Position numbers and translations under genes: made by a program. A stretch of DNA of 64,000 nt, from assembly GCA_903813345.2 (NCBI GenBank), contig CAIIXF020000001.1, positions 38,502,001 through 38,566,000 on the forward strand, in the 5' to 3' direction. A model generated the notes under the pieces. It saw nothing but the letters and a program-made list of their open reading frames with translations, did no database searches and was not told the origin of the DNA. Below are positions 1 through 14,700 of the stretch, piece after piece. The first letter of the stretch is position 1. Each line of letters begins with the position of its first letter. The DNA comes from Owenia fusiformis. Taxonomy: Eukaryota.

Positions 1-139
1 ACCGTGGTGTTACTCATATATTGACAGTAGTCTTGTTTGAAATGGGGCAATTTTCAAGAAAACAATGTGACCACTCCCTCATAACATAAAAGGATTTTCG
101 AAATAACAAGCATTACCTCATCTATGAACTGATATTGTG

Positions 140-2447
140 CGAAACTGTGACAATCGTCACGCGTGAAAAACGTCACGGTTATAGCATTGAACTCAAAGCA
201 GTAATTAGCCATTTTTATAAATCCCAGATGCATTGATTTAATTTGATATTATGACCCATATTCTTAAAACACATGTTTTAAAGTTATTCAGTGATTACGC
301 ATAAAGATCAATTTATAGGCAAGGAAACGATAACACCAAACGAATTTGCCCTTTTGTAAATGTGCTTTTTACATTTTGTACGTCTTTACAGTAATACGTA
401 ACATGCAAGCAAATGACAAGTTATTTGGGAATTCCGTAAGCATAATTTATCGGAAAAGTCATAACAAAAAATGTTATATGAAGACCATTAAAGCCCAAAA
501 TAGTTGACCCTCAGTAAATAACATTTCGTTCAGTGTATTCCCGGGGATTGCTGAATTCAATCATAAAGTCACTTGATGTTTGCATTCGGTTTTCTTTTCA
601 ATGAATGCAATTATTATTAATGGAGAACAGCATAAACCGAAAACTCTAGTTAAGTAATATGAACGATTACAGCTTTTCAACGATGTTTTCGTGTTATAAT
701 TGATTTTTATCTATTTCAATTCCATTTGCACGATCTGTATATGATCTGTAATATTCAATATGCCTAGCTTTGCGAAACGCAATTCGTTGGGAAAGAGATA
801 GAGAAAAGCAAAATCAAAGCAATCCCCTAGAATATCAAAGAATATGTAAGGCAAGCAATGCAAAAAACACTCCTCTTTGAAATATATCGCCAACCGACTA
901 GCAAAAGAAATCAGCACAAAATGCACGCTTCGAGAATGGAGGCAACAAAGCGAGATTAATTCTTTCAATGTTCTCTTTCTCTAAAACAAAACCGGGATAA
1001 CCCATTGCAGTGAATATTAAACTTCCAGAACTTCAAAGAAAAAATGAAAATCACAGGAAAGAATTGAGTTTATGCTGAGAATTTTGTTATGTGATATCAG
1101 AAACCGTTGAAAAAGTATCGAGTCTGACAAAAATATCGTTCTAGGTCTAGCGACTTAACTCAGCTCGAATGAAGCAAAACATAACGATAAGAACGTTTCC
1201 AGTGGCCATGAAAAATGACCTTGTGATGAGATCGGGGCATCGATGAAGCGCTCCGCAGACAAAAGAAAATTTCATATTCACAGTGCAGATGAGTTTTATG
1301 CTTTGGCTACGTCAGACTTAAATACGTCATCAATATCATTCTTATATCTTTCAAATGATAACGTACAATCAAGTAGAGTTACCATTTATTTTAAATGAAA
1401 AAGTATCTCTTTAATTTGAAATCTTCAAAAGGGACTTTTCTAATGCATGATTGAATACCTTTAATGTCATTTGGAATGAACACGTACATGGTTGCCCTGC
1501 TGTTTGTGGTGCATGCAGGAAAGGCTTCACTACGTCACCCTGCAGTTGGTCTAAAAAGTAAACACCCAAAGTAAAAGTTTCTCAAATTGTAAAAAACAAA
1601 TCAAAGTGTCTTACCCCATACACTAAAAGAGATTAAAATGGAACTAGGGTGATTAGGTGCTTGACGACAAGCCACGGTGTAAAAGCGCTGGTTTCTTGAA
1701 TCAGTGAAAAGTTTTGGTGAAGTTGATTTAAAAAGATAAATAATGTGGTGTGCACATTGTTATTGAAAATAGAAAAGAGGTGTTCAGTACATATAAACTA
1801 TGATTGCATACGAGTCCACATATGTAACATGTACGTAACTGCTTTTTCCTTGGAGAAAGTGAAACACGGCACGATTCTACTATTCATGCTTTATGTCGAG
1901 TTTTGTCGGAAAATTAAACATAAAGGTGATAATATAATACAAAAACACAAACTTGTTTCTCAATTCACCTAGCTATAGGCATCAAAATTACCATTCTTGA
2001 ATTAAGACTTCTCTTAGGTGAACATAATAACTCATTGTCATTTGTTTCCAATTTTCTTGTGAAAAACGACACGCGGAAAAATGGTGAACCAGCCAAATGA
2101 TCATTGCTCCCAAAATAATTTTTTTCTATTCGTCTAAAGCATCATTTTTCATGACCGAATCGATTCATGTTCAAATAGGATCGATCCCTTTCAATTTTAC
2201 TCAAATTAAAAACACAACGTATGAAAAAATCGAGAAAAATGATGGATTCGGATGTTTCATGTTGACAAGTGATGCACATCAAAAGGAAAATACTTGAAGT
2301 CCAAATTCATTTATGATTTTAAAGGACAGGAGAGTAGCTTGAGGAAAGTCCTTGGTTTTTTGAAAATGTTGCATTCTAATGTGAATATCTTGGCATATTA
2401 ATCACGGGCTGAAACTGTGAAAATCGTCACGTTTGAGACGGGCCCTA
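140..2447 (+). mobile_element. Degenerate DNA transposon remnant, possibly Sola2-like; left end outside the window
   Basis: Disrupted SGHEK*PCDEIGASMKRSAD (~1201-1260) resembles HGKGPxDGxGxxxKR; GAAACTGTGA.AATCGTCACG repeated at 141 and 2411; terminal-like GAGACGGGCCC at ~2435-2445. Confidence 0.4.
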
Positions 2448-3721
2448 ATTTAAATTTGAAATTCGACCTTGTTCCGTGGAGTTTACTTCAATGCTTTGGG
2501 TAACGTGTGTATAAATGTATATAGATACATACTACATGTCTATTTGAAAAAATCATTTTAATGCTTTTTTGAATTTTTAACAACTTTTTTTTCACACTTA
2601 AGCCGTTTTCAGTGAGAAGCGATGAGCACTATACTGTAAACCTAGGCTTTCAAGAGAACACCCGTGGTATCGATGAAGCTCTCTTGGAAAAAACGAAGAC
2701 TATTGAAAAGGGCATCGAAAAATCAGAACAAATTATTTGTAACCATGGTCTCTCATTTCTGCTTCTCGACATTTTAACGTTTTTTCTATGGTAATCCGAG
2801 TCAGATCAAATAAGGGTACGTTGGGGGTTTATGAAAAAGACAACCAACATCAACTAATATTATGTGGATTCCATTTCTGATTGTCGCCTATTGTGGTTCT
2901 GATTAATCAGCTTACAACATCCCCCAAAACTCTTGCCCCGTTATCTTAATAACATTTGTTGTTGGTATATTCATAGTTTACTAAAGTCTTTAAAAGATAA
3001 GTAATGAGCTAATTGATCTGTCCATTCACATCACATGAAAGCTATAAACAGCAAAAACCCTGGGATGAGATCGCGTATTTTGAAGTATGAACAATGAAAA
3101 TAAGAACATTACTAATTTTACAACGAACCCATTCTTTTTGGGGTATTTTTCAAATGAACAGCGACTTCATATATTTTTAAAACTCAAAATAAAAAGAACG
3201 TGCTTTGGTTCGTTGTGTCTCGAGCTTACTTGATCGATGGAATCTCATTCTGATTAGGCTATACGAAAATTTACCTGACTTAAAATCAGAACAAAATTTT
3301 GATTTTAAACTTTAAAGAAGGTAAACAAAGTAACAGAGTTCAGTATGCACTTATATATTTGCTTCAATTTTTTTAAGCCAATGCAAGTATTTGTTAAGTA
3401 AACTATATGCACTGGTAGCATGTTCTGGTTAACAAACATTTCAATGGATGGAAATGTGCAAATAGTTGTACTATAAATAATCTATTGGTGAATGTAAAGT
3501 ACAGATTGTTATTGAAAAAGTCAAACTGTCGTCTCCTTTTTTGAATCATAATTCTAGACAGTGATGAATGTTATGACTGAAACATTTCGATTTCGATTTG
3601 GAATTGGAATTTGGTGTGTCTTGGTTTGTGGACAGTTGCTATGCGTAGATATTCTTTCCCTTTTTTATATTCTGCAAGTGTTGCCACCTGATGAATAAAG
3701 TATATAATACATCACAATGGA

Positions 3722-6700
3722 ATGGACATAAGGTAGATGTACATCGCATTGGTATGATGTAAATATGTAAATATTTTTACATAACAATGGTATTATCATG
3801 AGTCTACAATATTCATGCATCAAAATGGTATACATGTTTATCCATACACAAAGTGTATATCACAAAGGTTTGATACACATATTCCATATTTACACTTCTT
3901 TTGTTTAAGGAGACATGAAACTTGGGATACTCTGATAGGATGGACAAACAAAGACGCAGATGATGGCAATTCTGGGGATTCGTCTGGTAACATAGCATTC
4001 TTTTTATCTAAGTTTTTTCTTTGAATTCTCAAATAATACGAAGCCTGCAAAAATAACTAAGGATAATTGATAATCAGGGGATCCGTTGCAAAAACCTATT
4101 TTGAGTTATTGACAGACATTACTCTAGATTTTTTATAAGTAAAAGTCAACTGTTATTTAGATTAATTATTCCTAATAAATGTTCCGTCGCTCATTTAATA
4201 TACCTTCGCCCATTGTTATTATTTTTATTTGTTTATTCGCGTGAGACATGCAACTGAAATTAATTATTCAACTGTGTTTCAGACTTTCAACAGTGGGTCG
4301 AGAAAAGGCAACAATTACAACAAAAGTTTGGTAAGTGTCGATTGTGCGTTCCCTTAATCAGTATTGTTCAAACTTTGCGAAAAAGATAAATTTAGCACAC
4401 CAGGTCTCACATTTCAAGAATTTGTGTACCTGACTATTCACCCCTTAATAGAAAGTATTTGAAAATAGCAAATCACAATAAGTTATATTTGTCTGTAAAT
4501 TAACAATAAACAGTATGTTTACTCCAAAGGTATCGAGTTCATCGATGTGTTGCCTATTCTTGGATTGAAATAAGGCCTCATGATCAATATAGTTTCAAGT
4601 GACCTCATGCTTTTAAACCACTTTGGCTAAAGTTGTAGTCTTAACCAATGTTATCAAGATGTGCTATGTGAAATTTCTGCTTAAAATTCTATGAAGTGAT
4701 CGTTTTTGAACACCTTTGAATTTACTGCCTTTTCCATAAAAAAAACATCGTGGAGATCAAAGCATCTAGCAATAAAAGTGTTTAAAGCGTACTACACCCT
4801 ATCAGCCTATGTAATTTTGTATTGCAAAATAAGGAAAGTCAATTCAACCGTGATGAATAAAGTTTTTACCTCAGATAGTCAAACAATATTGTCTAGGATA
4901 TTTAGAGAATAATTATGAATTTATTGTTGTATTTTATTATCTATTTGTAAAACGTTTGTCTAAGGCAAATTCTGAATTTTGTAAATAGCGACCAAAACAT
5001 TTTCAGAAGTCAACTTTTACCTAAATCTCAAACAACGTCTAAGCAATTAAAAATAATATAAATAAAAGATTAAAAACATATAAGATTCAATTCTATTTCA
5101 AAACTTGCATTGGTTTCACGTCGTCAATTTGGTTTAATTCCAGACACAGCATTTACAAGTAGAAAGTATCCAGATATATCCGTGCAATATCTCTCCAAAC
5201 CAGGATCACGATGCGAGTCCATAAAAGATAATGAAACCTTCACAAGAGCTAGCTTACATGACAGATTTCACAACGAACATGAAGCGAGCAAAGACGCGAC
5301 GTTCAAACAATACAACCCAAAGGCCGTTGACATTGATTTGGACGCCAAATTAATAGAATACATTGAAAGTAAAGATAGGTTAGAACACATACCAGTTCCT
5401 CGGCCATCAGAACGCTACAAAAGATTGTTATGCGTCATCTCTGGTACCGCAGATCCTGAAACCACAAAGGATAAATTAGTCAGACCACTTTCTAGTGTTG
5501 ACGCAAAATTGAATAAAATGTCCATACAATTTGATGTGACGAAATCAAAAAACAGAAATGCAAATAATAATGCAAAACAAAATAGTGATAACAATGAGTC
5601 TGATACTGTTGGCAATTACAAAAATGATACGTTATCCAGAGCAAAACGAATTATTGTGTTGGCAGAATCGAGACCCCAGACTGTTCTTTCAGAAAAACAT
5701 GATGATAGTATGAAAGCACCTGAAATACACATTCACGTCCCAAGCATCCATGGCGATAATGATGAAAACGAGTCGAATGTAGAAGCGGAAGAATGGGCAA
5801 ACAATAAAAATTGCAGTAATGAAAAGGCTAAGGTCGGATCTAGTAACGCTCTTCACGATAGTATAAAGACATTGTCAAAATTATCTAATCAGGAAAAGGA
5901 TAAAATAAATGCAAAATCTCAGCACGTTGTGAACCAAGGCACTCCAAAATCACAGTTGTCCCCAAGAGCAAAAATGATCAAGTCTGCCCCATCGATGACA
6001 AACTTGCAAATACAAAACATGGCAATGCAATCATTAAAGCGTGGTGTTAATATGAATGCTGTAAATACTGCAGAAAATAGAGAACCTCTACCCAAACCAA
6101 AGCTAAGCTATACTCATTCTTCAAGTGGAAGTTCTACAGTCAAACATGTGGAATCCAGGAGAGGTTCTGCAACTCAAAGCATAGCGTCAAATGACACAGC
6201 TTTGTCTAAGTATATGATTGATCAAATTGATTCACAGAGTCTATGCTCAAATGTCATCAGTGATATCACTGAACATGAAATTGACCCCAGTCAGGCATGG
6301 AATAAGTACCCAAATGGGTTTAGGAATCCGTACGCTGCGATCGATACGTATTATTCCTCTATGTCTTCGAGCTCACCTCTGGTGCATTCTGTGGCTCGGA
6401 GGAAAGGGAGCAGCCCGGAGAGTAATGGAAACCAATATGAGAGTACCACCAAAAGTATACCATTGACGATGAAGAAAATCTCTATGCAAGATTACAATAA
6501 CGATGCTAACAGTAGCCACTATACATTTGACCAATCAAGAAGATTATCGGGCAATATTTCGAATGCAGGCGTTTCGAAAAGACGGACTGATAATGTGAAA
6601 CTTCCTCCTGCTCCTCATGGTTCTCCAAAATTGACCTCAAATAGTTCCGGTGAAAATTCAGTAGAATCAGCTGGGCAGTTGGATGAACACAGTGAGACAA

Positions 6701-9700
6701 TCATTAAAATATCTGATCTCATTGCAGCAAACACTAATAGCAAATCACCCGTAATTACTCCAAGGCAGAATACAAATTCAGCCAAACAAGTAAAATTTGA
6801 TTCAAATGCGAATGACAATGAAGGGGAAACAAGGAATTCGAGAATAACTGCACATAGTCGGTTATTGAAACATGAGAACGATCTGCTTAGACTGAGGGAA
6901 GGGATAGATGTCGACTGGGTTAAAGAAGCACACAATCCTGTAAGTCTGATCTCTACTAATATATGCTCTCTCAGAAATGTGTACATGCAAATCTAGGTCA
7001 AAATAATTGTATCATTACTCTTATCTTATATTCCCAGATATCAGCATTGAACACGTTCCTCATAAATAAATGAACAATGCAATTACTAGCATCATTAACA
7101 AAAAAACAATTTCATTATCATTGCCGAAATCCAAGTTACTAGTATCTGATTTGATGTCGTGGGATGTGATAAAAATTAAAAACACAACAAACAATGTATA
7201 CAGTGTTTATGAAATGATTCCTGAATGCCGATGTGAAAGAAATTATGGATTAACCTACGGTTCCCCTTTTTAAATGCCCTTACTGGCCCTGGTTGTGTAT
7301 AAGATAATGAGGGAAAGAGTTGTATTTAGGTCACCATGTAAATCAATGGAGTAGGACGTTGTCTGTTCAACATAAAATCCATCATTATTGTTGGAGACAA
7401 TGCAGTAAGACTTCATATACTTAATATGATTGCATTATTTCTACTGATTGCATTGTTGTTTCAGCATCTTGGTCCTCCTGGATTCAGGCCTCCTGCTCAA
7501 AAGTCCGCATCCCAACGAGCTGGACTGAAGGATACAGGGGCCGGTCAACTTTACGCATATGGAACAGGAAAGGTACAGAGTGTTGTATTACATGATCAGT
7601 AGAAGAATGGATACCATAGAAACGTTGTTTTCAAACACAACAGTCAACAGTTTATAGGAATTTAAATATCGCAATATTGATAATGAACTAATTGATCTAC
7701 ATGTGTAAACAATTTTTGTATTTTCATCAGTCCACGGATGGAGCAGACCAAAGGCAACCCAGATGGGCATCGTCATTAAAATTAACATCAGACTATAACA
7801 GGAGCGCCATCTCAAGTGCCCCAGCCAAGCTCAATGGAAATGTATTTGATGAGAAAATGCCCAAAAGGTAGGTACCCTCGATGCGTCATTGATCTGCTAT
7901 AGTCCAGTCTCATTAACTGTTTTGCCTATTAGTAGTTTTCCGAGATGTATGTTGAAAAAAGAAAATTTGCTAATAATCATTAACAAAATCCTAATAAGTG
8001 TGGTATAATATCATAGGCTTAAGGGCGATAGAAATAATGTTCAAATATAGAGGGCATGCCGATCAATCTGAGGTTAATCCTCCCGGGTTTCTAGCACACG
8101 CCAACGGACGTGAAGGATTTCAAACTGCAATTTAACTTAAACGTGGGAGCAATTGGCTTTAATAAGTTGGAACAGAATTTTCAATAAATATACGATCTTA
8201 CATTCAATATATATCTGAAAAAGAATAATGAAAGAAATTGAAAAATCCAGTCAGTAAACGTTCAAGTATTGTCATTTTCACAAAATAGAAAAATAGAAAT
8301 AGTGTGAGCTGACAATTTCCCCAAACTTGTCTTGCATCTTTTGTTGCCTTTTCTTTACTTCTAGCAATGATACATAATTTTAATGCTTTTCATTTCCATC
8401 TTTGCTATAATTAACACTAGGAGACGTGCTCTGTCTGGCCTTTATACTGACCAAGTCTATGGTATGGACAATAAATGTAATGCTTCTGCTGAAATCCTTT
8501 ACAGGTAACGCAATAACTACCTTATGTCTCTGTACATAAACCACCACTGGTACTATCTCTATTAGTATAGGAACCTGATATCCTTGCTTAACATTTTCTA
8601 GTATCCATTGTAAATATCACGCTTTACATGTTGACAGACAAATAGAACTTTAATAGCAAAGGATTACCTTGATTAACAATCGATTACCTAAAAAATGAAT
8701 ATCACATAAATCAGTGTAAACGCATGTGCATACAGGTTTGCCCGAAGAAATCTGCATCAAAAACTGCCTCACGAGGCAGCGTCTAAGCAGCCAGTCACGT
8801 ACATGACTGGCCAGGGGGTAGATTCCGGACTGAAGTTCGCCCACCATAAATTCAGACAGAAGCAGAGGTATTGATTGTGCACTGATTACATCACCAACAC
8901 AGATTCCATCAGTATCATAGTGTGCACGTTGAATTCGATGCAGCACAACACATGTACATTTCACCAATACATAGAGGATATCCTATGATTTTTGAGGGAT
9001 ACCATTTTTATCCATGATTGCTCACCCATCTTCAAGAGTGAGTGCAGCGAATGAGCGATATCTAAGAATGGATAAAAATGATAGCCCGAGAAAATCATAG
9101 GATATCATATTTATCCAATGGCCGCTATTTTTGTGATTTGTAATTTGACCTAAAAGTTGTTGTTTTCTACATCATTTTCACTGAGTACATACTTGGAACT
9201 GTATATTGTTGCAGATCAAACAGTCAAGTGGTTATGTGGCGGCAAGTTCAAAATTAATGGAAAATCATCCGATTTTTAGACGTCAAATGAGTCGGATACG
9301 ATTTAAGTGGCGCATACCAAAATTATCTTGTGTCGTTATCCCTATACACATTTAGTATCCATCGGATAAATATATGATACCTGCATCTCATGTTTTAGCG
9401 CTTTCTGACAATCAGAAGGCATATAGGCTGATAGGCATATGGTATCTGAATGCCAATAAATGGTTATATTTAACCAGCACTTCACCATTGCAAATTGCTA
9501 GCTAGATTAAGATTTCTGTTTTGCTATGAAAATGATTCAGAACAAGTATCTATCCTTCAGATGTGGAATGAATTCAGTAATTATATATTATTAATTATAT
9601 ATTAATGCATAAGGTTGAACTCATGCATTATTCCTCATCTTATGGATAAATTCTAGTACTAAATCCTTTAACAGTTAGAATGCATATCCCACATGATGCC

Positions 9701-10303
9701 AAGCAACATATTGCCTTTGTGTTTTAGTGTTTGAAGTTTGCTTTATTGATTGAGTGTTTTTCATTTTTAGATGATTTTGAGAGTTGGTTTTAAAATATTT
9801 CCCAAATGGTAAATACTTTGTAGGAACTAAAATAATTTACATCCGTTCAAGATTTGCTAACTAGTAATCGTTTTTCTTTAAACAATATATTATTACTAGA
9901 AACCTCCCAGAGTTAAAAATTCCTAAACCACATTTTCTTTTACTCTGACGTCATGACTACAACTGATATATTAATTAATGACCCATAGGGGGTCATTAAC
10001 AAAAACTTCGTTTAGTTATAAATTCGTAAATCAATTGTTGTAACCATGGATATAATGACATCACAGTTAGAGAACAATGTTAATGAAGTTTCTCTTAATG
10101 GCCCCCAAGGTATTTGCAATTTGATGTTTTGGCCATGGAAATCAGAATATCAGTATGAGAACAAGACTTCTGGTAATGTACCCAGTTAAAATAGACTACA
10201 GATGGTTGTGTTAACACATTAATGGATGAATACATGTACATAGGTAAATTATTTCTTTTTTTGCAGGAAAAAAGGTCAGAAAGACTTTCTGGTTGGACAG
10301 TGA
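3722..10303 (+). CDS. Uncharacterised Ser/Asn/Lys-rich, probably disordered protein (~765 aa, 8 putative exons)
   Basis: Phase-consistent GT-AG exons: 3722-3732, 3910-3986, 4283-4330, 5144-6939 (inside the 628-aa ORF 5110-6996), 7465-7572, 7731-7867, 8421-8504, 10267-10303 (TGA). No recognisable domain. First and last exons are the least certain. Confidence 0.6.
8971..9115. repeat. Imperfect ~140-bp palindrome, possibly the end of a Crypton-like non-autonomous element
   Basis: GATATCCTATGATTTTTGAGGGATACCATTTTTATCCAT...ATGGATAAAAATGATAGCCCGAGAAAATCATAGGATATC. A similarly built hairpin of different sequence is at ~21883-21975. Confidence 0.5.
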
Positions 10304-11734
10304 GATTTCCATCAAAAAGCATGAGCACAATTTGCATATAAGCAACAAATGGCTGACGAGGCACAACAAGGGCAACAGGATGAAATATTTTACTGGACTT
10401 GCTTTGAAAATAAATATAATTTATCATTTTAAGAACTGTTTCTTTAAATAAAGAACATGAACAGGAATGTTTGTTTACAATTTTATTTATTGCTTGTACT
10501 GTTCCTCTCTTATATGATATAATATGTTTCAAGATAATAAAGTTGATACAAAAAAGAATGTTTAGCAATGAAATGTCACTGCTTTTGAAATTTCTTTGGC
10601 AAATCAGTGATTATGTGACTTGTATTCTAGCTACACTAACCAATCACATTACTGGATGCAGATGTATATTTCTCTCAGATGCATTGTTATGTGAGGGTAG
10701 TATGAGTATTGTATTGTATTTTGTGAAAATTGGTCAGAATGGCATGTCTATTAATACATGTAAATACATACCGGTACCCCAGGCATATTTCATTCTAAGT
10801 TGGTGCTTATTTTTTTATCGAAGTACAACATTATGATTACAATCAAACTTCAACTTTTTTCAAAAGTCTTTTTAATTTTCAATTAAATTGGAGGTGCCCA
10901 TTGACATATTTGCCTGGTCCCTTGCATATTGCATTTTTCTGAAAGACATGATGTTTTTAACATGTGGGATTATATAATTTTGACAGTTTTATGTGATCAA
11001 CCTCTAAAAATGACATCAATAAGTAGCATACATATATTAATATATGATACATACACACACACATTAAATAGTCTAAGTACACTGTTAGAAATCTCTTCAG
11101 AATTTAGTTTCTTTTATTAAGCTCTCCATTTTTGACATTAATAGCTAAGGAATGGATATTAAATTAAAGTGTAAATGTACACTAAGTAGAGCTGTATTTG
11201 TTTAAACTTTTATAACACATTAAATTGAAAAATCTCATCATGATAGTGCATACCATTGGGGTTAATCATTTTTCATACAACTATCTTGGGGCAACCATTT
11301 CCCATGCTCTAACCAACTAACTCCTGCTAACTTCTACCAAAATATACATTTATATGCTCTGAAGAGAATATTATTTGGAGCAAATTGAGCAATGCTTTAT
11401 CGATAAATACAGTGTAACCATCACACCAGTTCTGAGTTTGGCAATAACTTTTGTAAGTGTAAGAATAGACATCATATCTTAGTTCTGACTTTAACATCTA
11501 CTCCATTTCCTACTTTACACAATGTCCATGATGTTATTCCTTTGGAATATATTATGATCTCCTGTATACATAGAGAATTTTGCATGATAGATATGTGAGT
11601 TATGACCATCTTATATGCTTTCACAACCAAAACCTCTAAATATGAATAGTGCCAAATTCCAAAAGTCGATCATGCAAAATTTTCTATGTTCAGAATTATG
11701 TGAATGAGAATTTAATATCCTAGATTGCATATCA

Positions 11735-14700
11735 CTATAGTTCTTCATGATCATAGTGTGATCCTGTATCAACTTGTTTATTACATGCTGCTGGAGTTCT
11801 GAACTCAAATTGGTATTCACAACGACTTGGCTCTGTGGCAGAAAAAACTTCACTGGTTGTACCACATGTGATTTTTACCTGGAAGAAAATTGAATAGATC
11901 AATGAATTATCCATTTTCCAAATTTCTTAAGCCTGATGACACTGAGTGGTCTTTTTGATTGTCTACAGTCTTTTGCCAGTCTTTGTAGGATTTTTAGATC
12001 AGACTTCACAGGGCCTTTGCTGGACTTGATCGGTATAGATAGGTCTTTTATAAAATCAATTACTTTTTTGTTTCCACTTGTGGAAAAGCCCTGTCAATGT
12101 AAACCTAGCTTTAGGATGTTAGTGGATTTTAAATGTAAGTCACTGCCCCCAGGATTCTGTGTATACAAAGCGCGGACAGAATTTGCCTTAGCCTGCGGAA
12201 TTGCAGAATCAACTATTTTGGTCTGGGGATAGTGGTAAGTGGTAAAATGCATTTATCATATTCAATTCAGTAATAAAAAGTAGAACCGCTAAACTTATAT
12301 CTAAAATCATTATATCTTGTTTTGGCCACTAACAATTTTGAATTTTGACTTGCATTATTCATTCATCATCTATTAATCAAATGTCAAGACAATCAACAAT
12401 ATTTTGAAGAACTGACTATAACATCTGCATAATAACTTGTAAATTCTCCAGAAAAAAGTGTATGAACTTACAGTTGTAGATCGATTAGGTCCATTCCAAC
12501 ATCCCTGACCATTTTCATATTTCATTACACTGTACTTGTTATCTGCGGGTCCATCCCATTTACCCCAGGTCCTAAAAAGCAAATAACTTATTAGAAAAAT
12601 TGCATAGATTGTTGACATATGACAGGAAACATTAGAAGACATATCATGACTGCAATCAATGATACATATAACAAAAAAATATCAACACCCAGTGTGCTTT
12701 AAATTAATAAATATACCATAACCTTTAAGACCATGAATGAAATTAGAGTGATCAAAATATAGTGTATCAAAGAAAACCCTTTTCTATGTTTATGCATAAA
12801 TAAATAAAAAGAGAATCATTATGTTTAATGCTTTTCATCATGGAATCCTTTCCTGATATACATTGGTATAATCTAAGATTGATAAAAATACCTGTAGAAA
12901 CATCTATAAATGGCAATTGAATGAATAAAATGTGATCCACCAGTTACAGCACAACCACAAGTCAAGTGATAATACTTTTCAAAAGGGATTATTAATTTTT
13001 GTAACAGCAGAAAAACTTCAATTCTCGGCAAAGGATAAGATTTTCAAAATGATCAATTTTTTACTAGAAGAAAACATGACATATTAAGAAATACATATAA
13101 AAGTCTATGATTGTTTAAAATGAAAAATATTGAGTTTTGAAAATTAGCCAAGAACAATTATTTCTAAATTTCTTGATACTTTATGTTAGGGCAGCAAGGT
13201 GCATTATGGTGTTGTCTATAAACAATCCATACCATGTTCTACTTTTAACTTTATATGAGTACAATGATTACTTACCCTAAACTAGTCTCTGCACCACCAT
13301 TTTTGGGACGCTGTGTAGATTTTTGGAATGGACATAATTTGTATGTGTATTCTCTATCAGTGTATTCATAGCATTGACCTTTAAGAGGGAAGAATTCATG
13401 GTCTGACCCAAGGTCAAGGTCAATGAGTTCATTACATTCTCTGCAAAAAAAACAATTCCATTTTTTGAACATAATAGAACTGGGTTCAACCTGACATATG
13501 TGTATTAAGAATCGACACAACTGAAGAAAATGGCAGCTTAGGTTATTGTACTGTGAACCAAAACTAAATGCTGGAGAACAATCAGATTTAACTTACGTCA
13601 TTTCTCTATCTATATCACTGATTTTATCGTCAGCTTCTTTGTAGTTTTTCCTTGCTTCATCAGCAGCTGTAAACATGAAATGCAATTATTATGACATGTG
13701 TTGCATTAAGTACTAATAATTACCTCATCTAGCTACCAGCATTAAGAAAACTTTACAAAGCATTAACATGCCAAATGTCACCACCTGCCATTTGTTACAG
13801 ATACAAACTACTTAATACTGTCCAAAACAAAGTTGAAGACTGTAACGATATGTTACTTACTTCTACAGTTTGGACAAATTTCCTGATCAACATCCTTAAA
13901 GCTGATTTTAGAAGAATATATTTGCGGAATCAACAAAACGTAAATGATATAAATTGAAGGATGGCTTCAAATGACTACATAAAGTCACATACAGCCAGTT
14001 TGAAACCAAGAATACTAGTTCTAGGGCTCCTGATCACCAAACAAGAACTTGAGTGTCACATTGTGAAAGAAATCCCCTCAGTTCACGCTGACACATTATA
14101 CAACATACATGACTAATACATAATATTGTGTCTTTGTTAATAATATTAAATATTCAACTTGAAGGCAAATTAGAAATGTGGGTATTGCTGACCGATTAAG
14201 ACAAAGCTATTGAAATAAACATGGGATGTTTTACCATCAATTAACTGTTGTGTTTCCTCATCGTAGTCTGGCATCTGGTCATCATTATCCCCAGCTTTGT
14301 CTTTATTGTCAGAGTTATCCTGAAGAACACAGAAAATGCAATCATAATCTAAATCATTATCAATGAACTGAAGCTGAATGAAGCTTGTTTGTTACATCAT
14401 ATTTTATGTATATAGATTTAGTAAAAGAGTCAAAGTATAGGAAATTCTAATTTTGCGAGAATGTTCATGTTAATAAGCTTCCGAATGTTGTTACTGTAAT
14501 ATTTCAACATTGTATTAATCATTCCATAATGCAAATAATTCATATATCCTATTCTATTATATTTGGACAAAAACTACCTCATAATGACCCTTCAATAAAT
14601 CAAAAGTAAATCTCAAATATTATTAATTATACATCTCATTCAAATTCTTTCACTGGGATATTAAATCTGGGATTTATTCAAATCAATTCAAATCCTGGTA

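Noticed and set aside
10095..10836. 157-aa and 121-aa ORFs
   Set aside because: Composition typical of random AT-rich DNA, with no domains; overlaps the probable last exon and 3'UTR of the first gene.
12150..12250. GC-richer intronic patch considered as a tRNA or SINE head
   Set aside because: No cloverleaf or convincing A/B boxes could be built.
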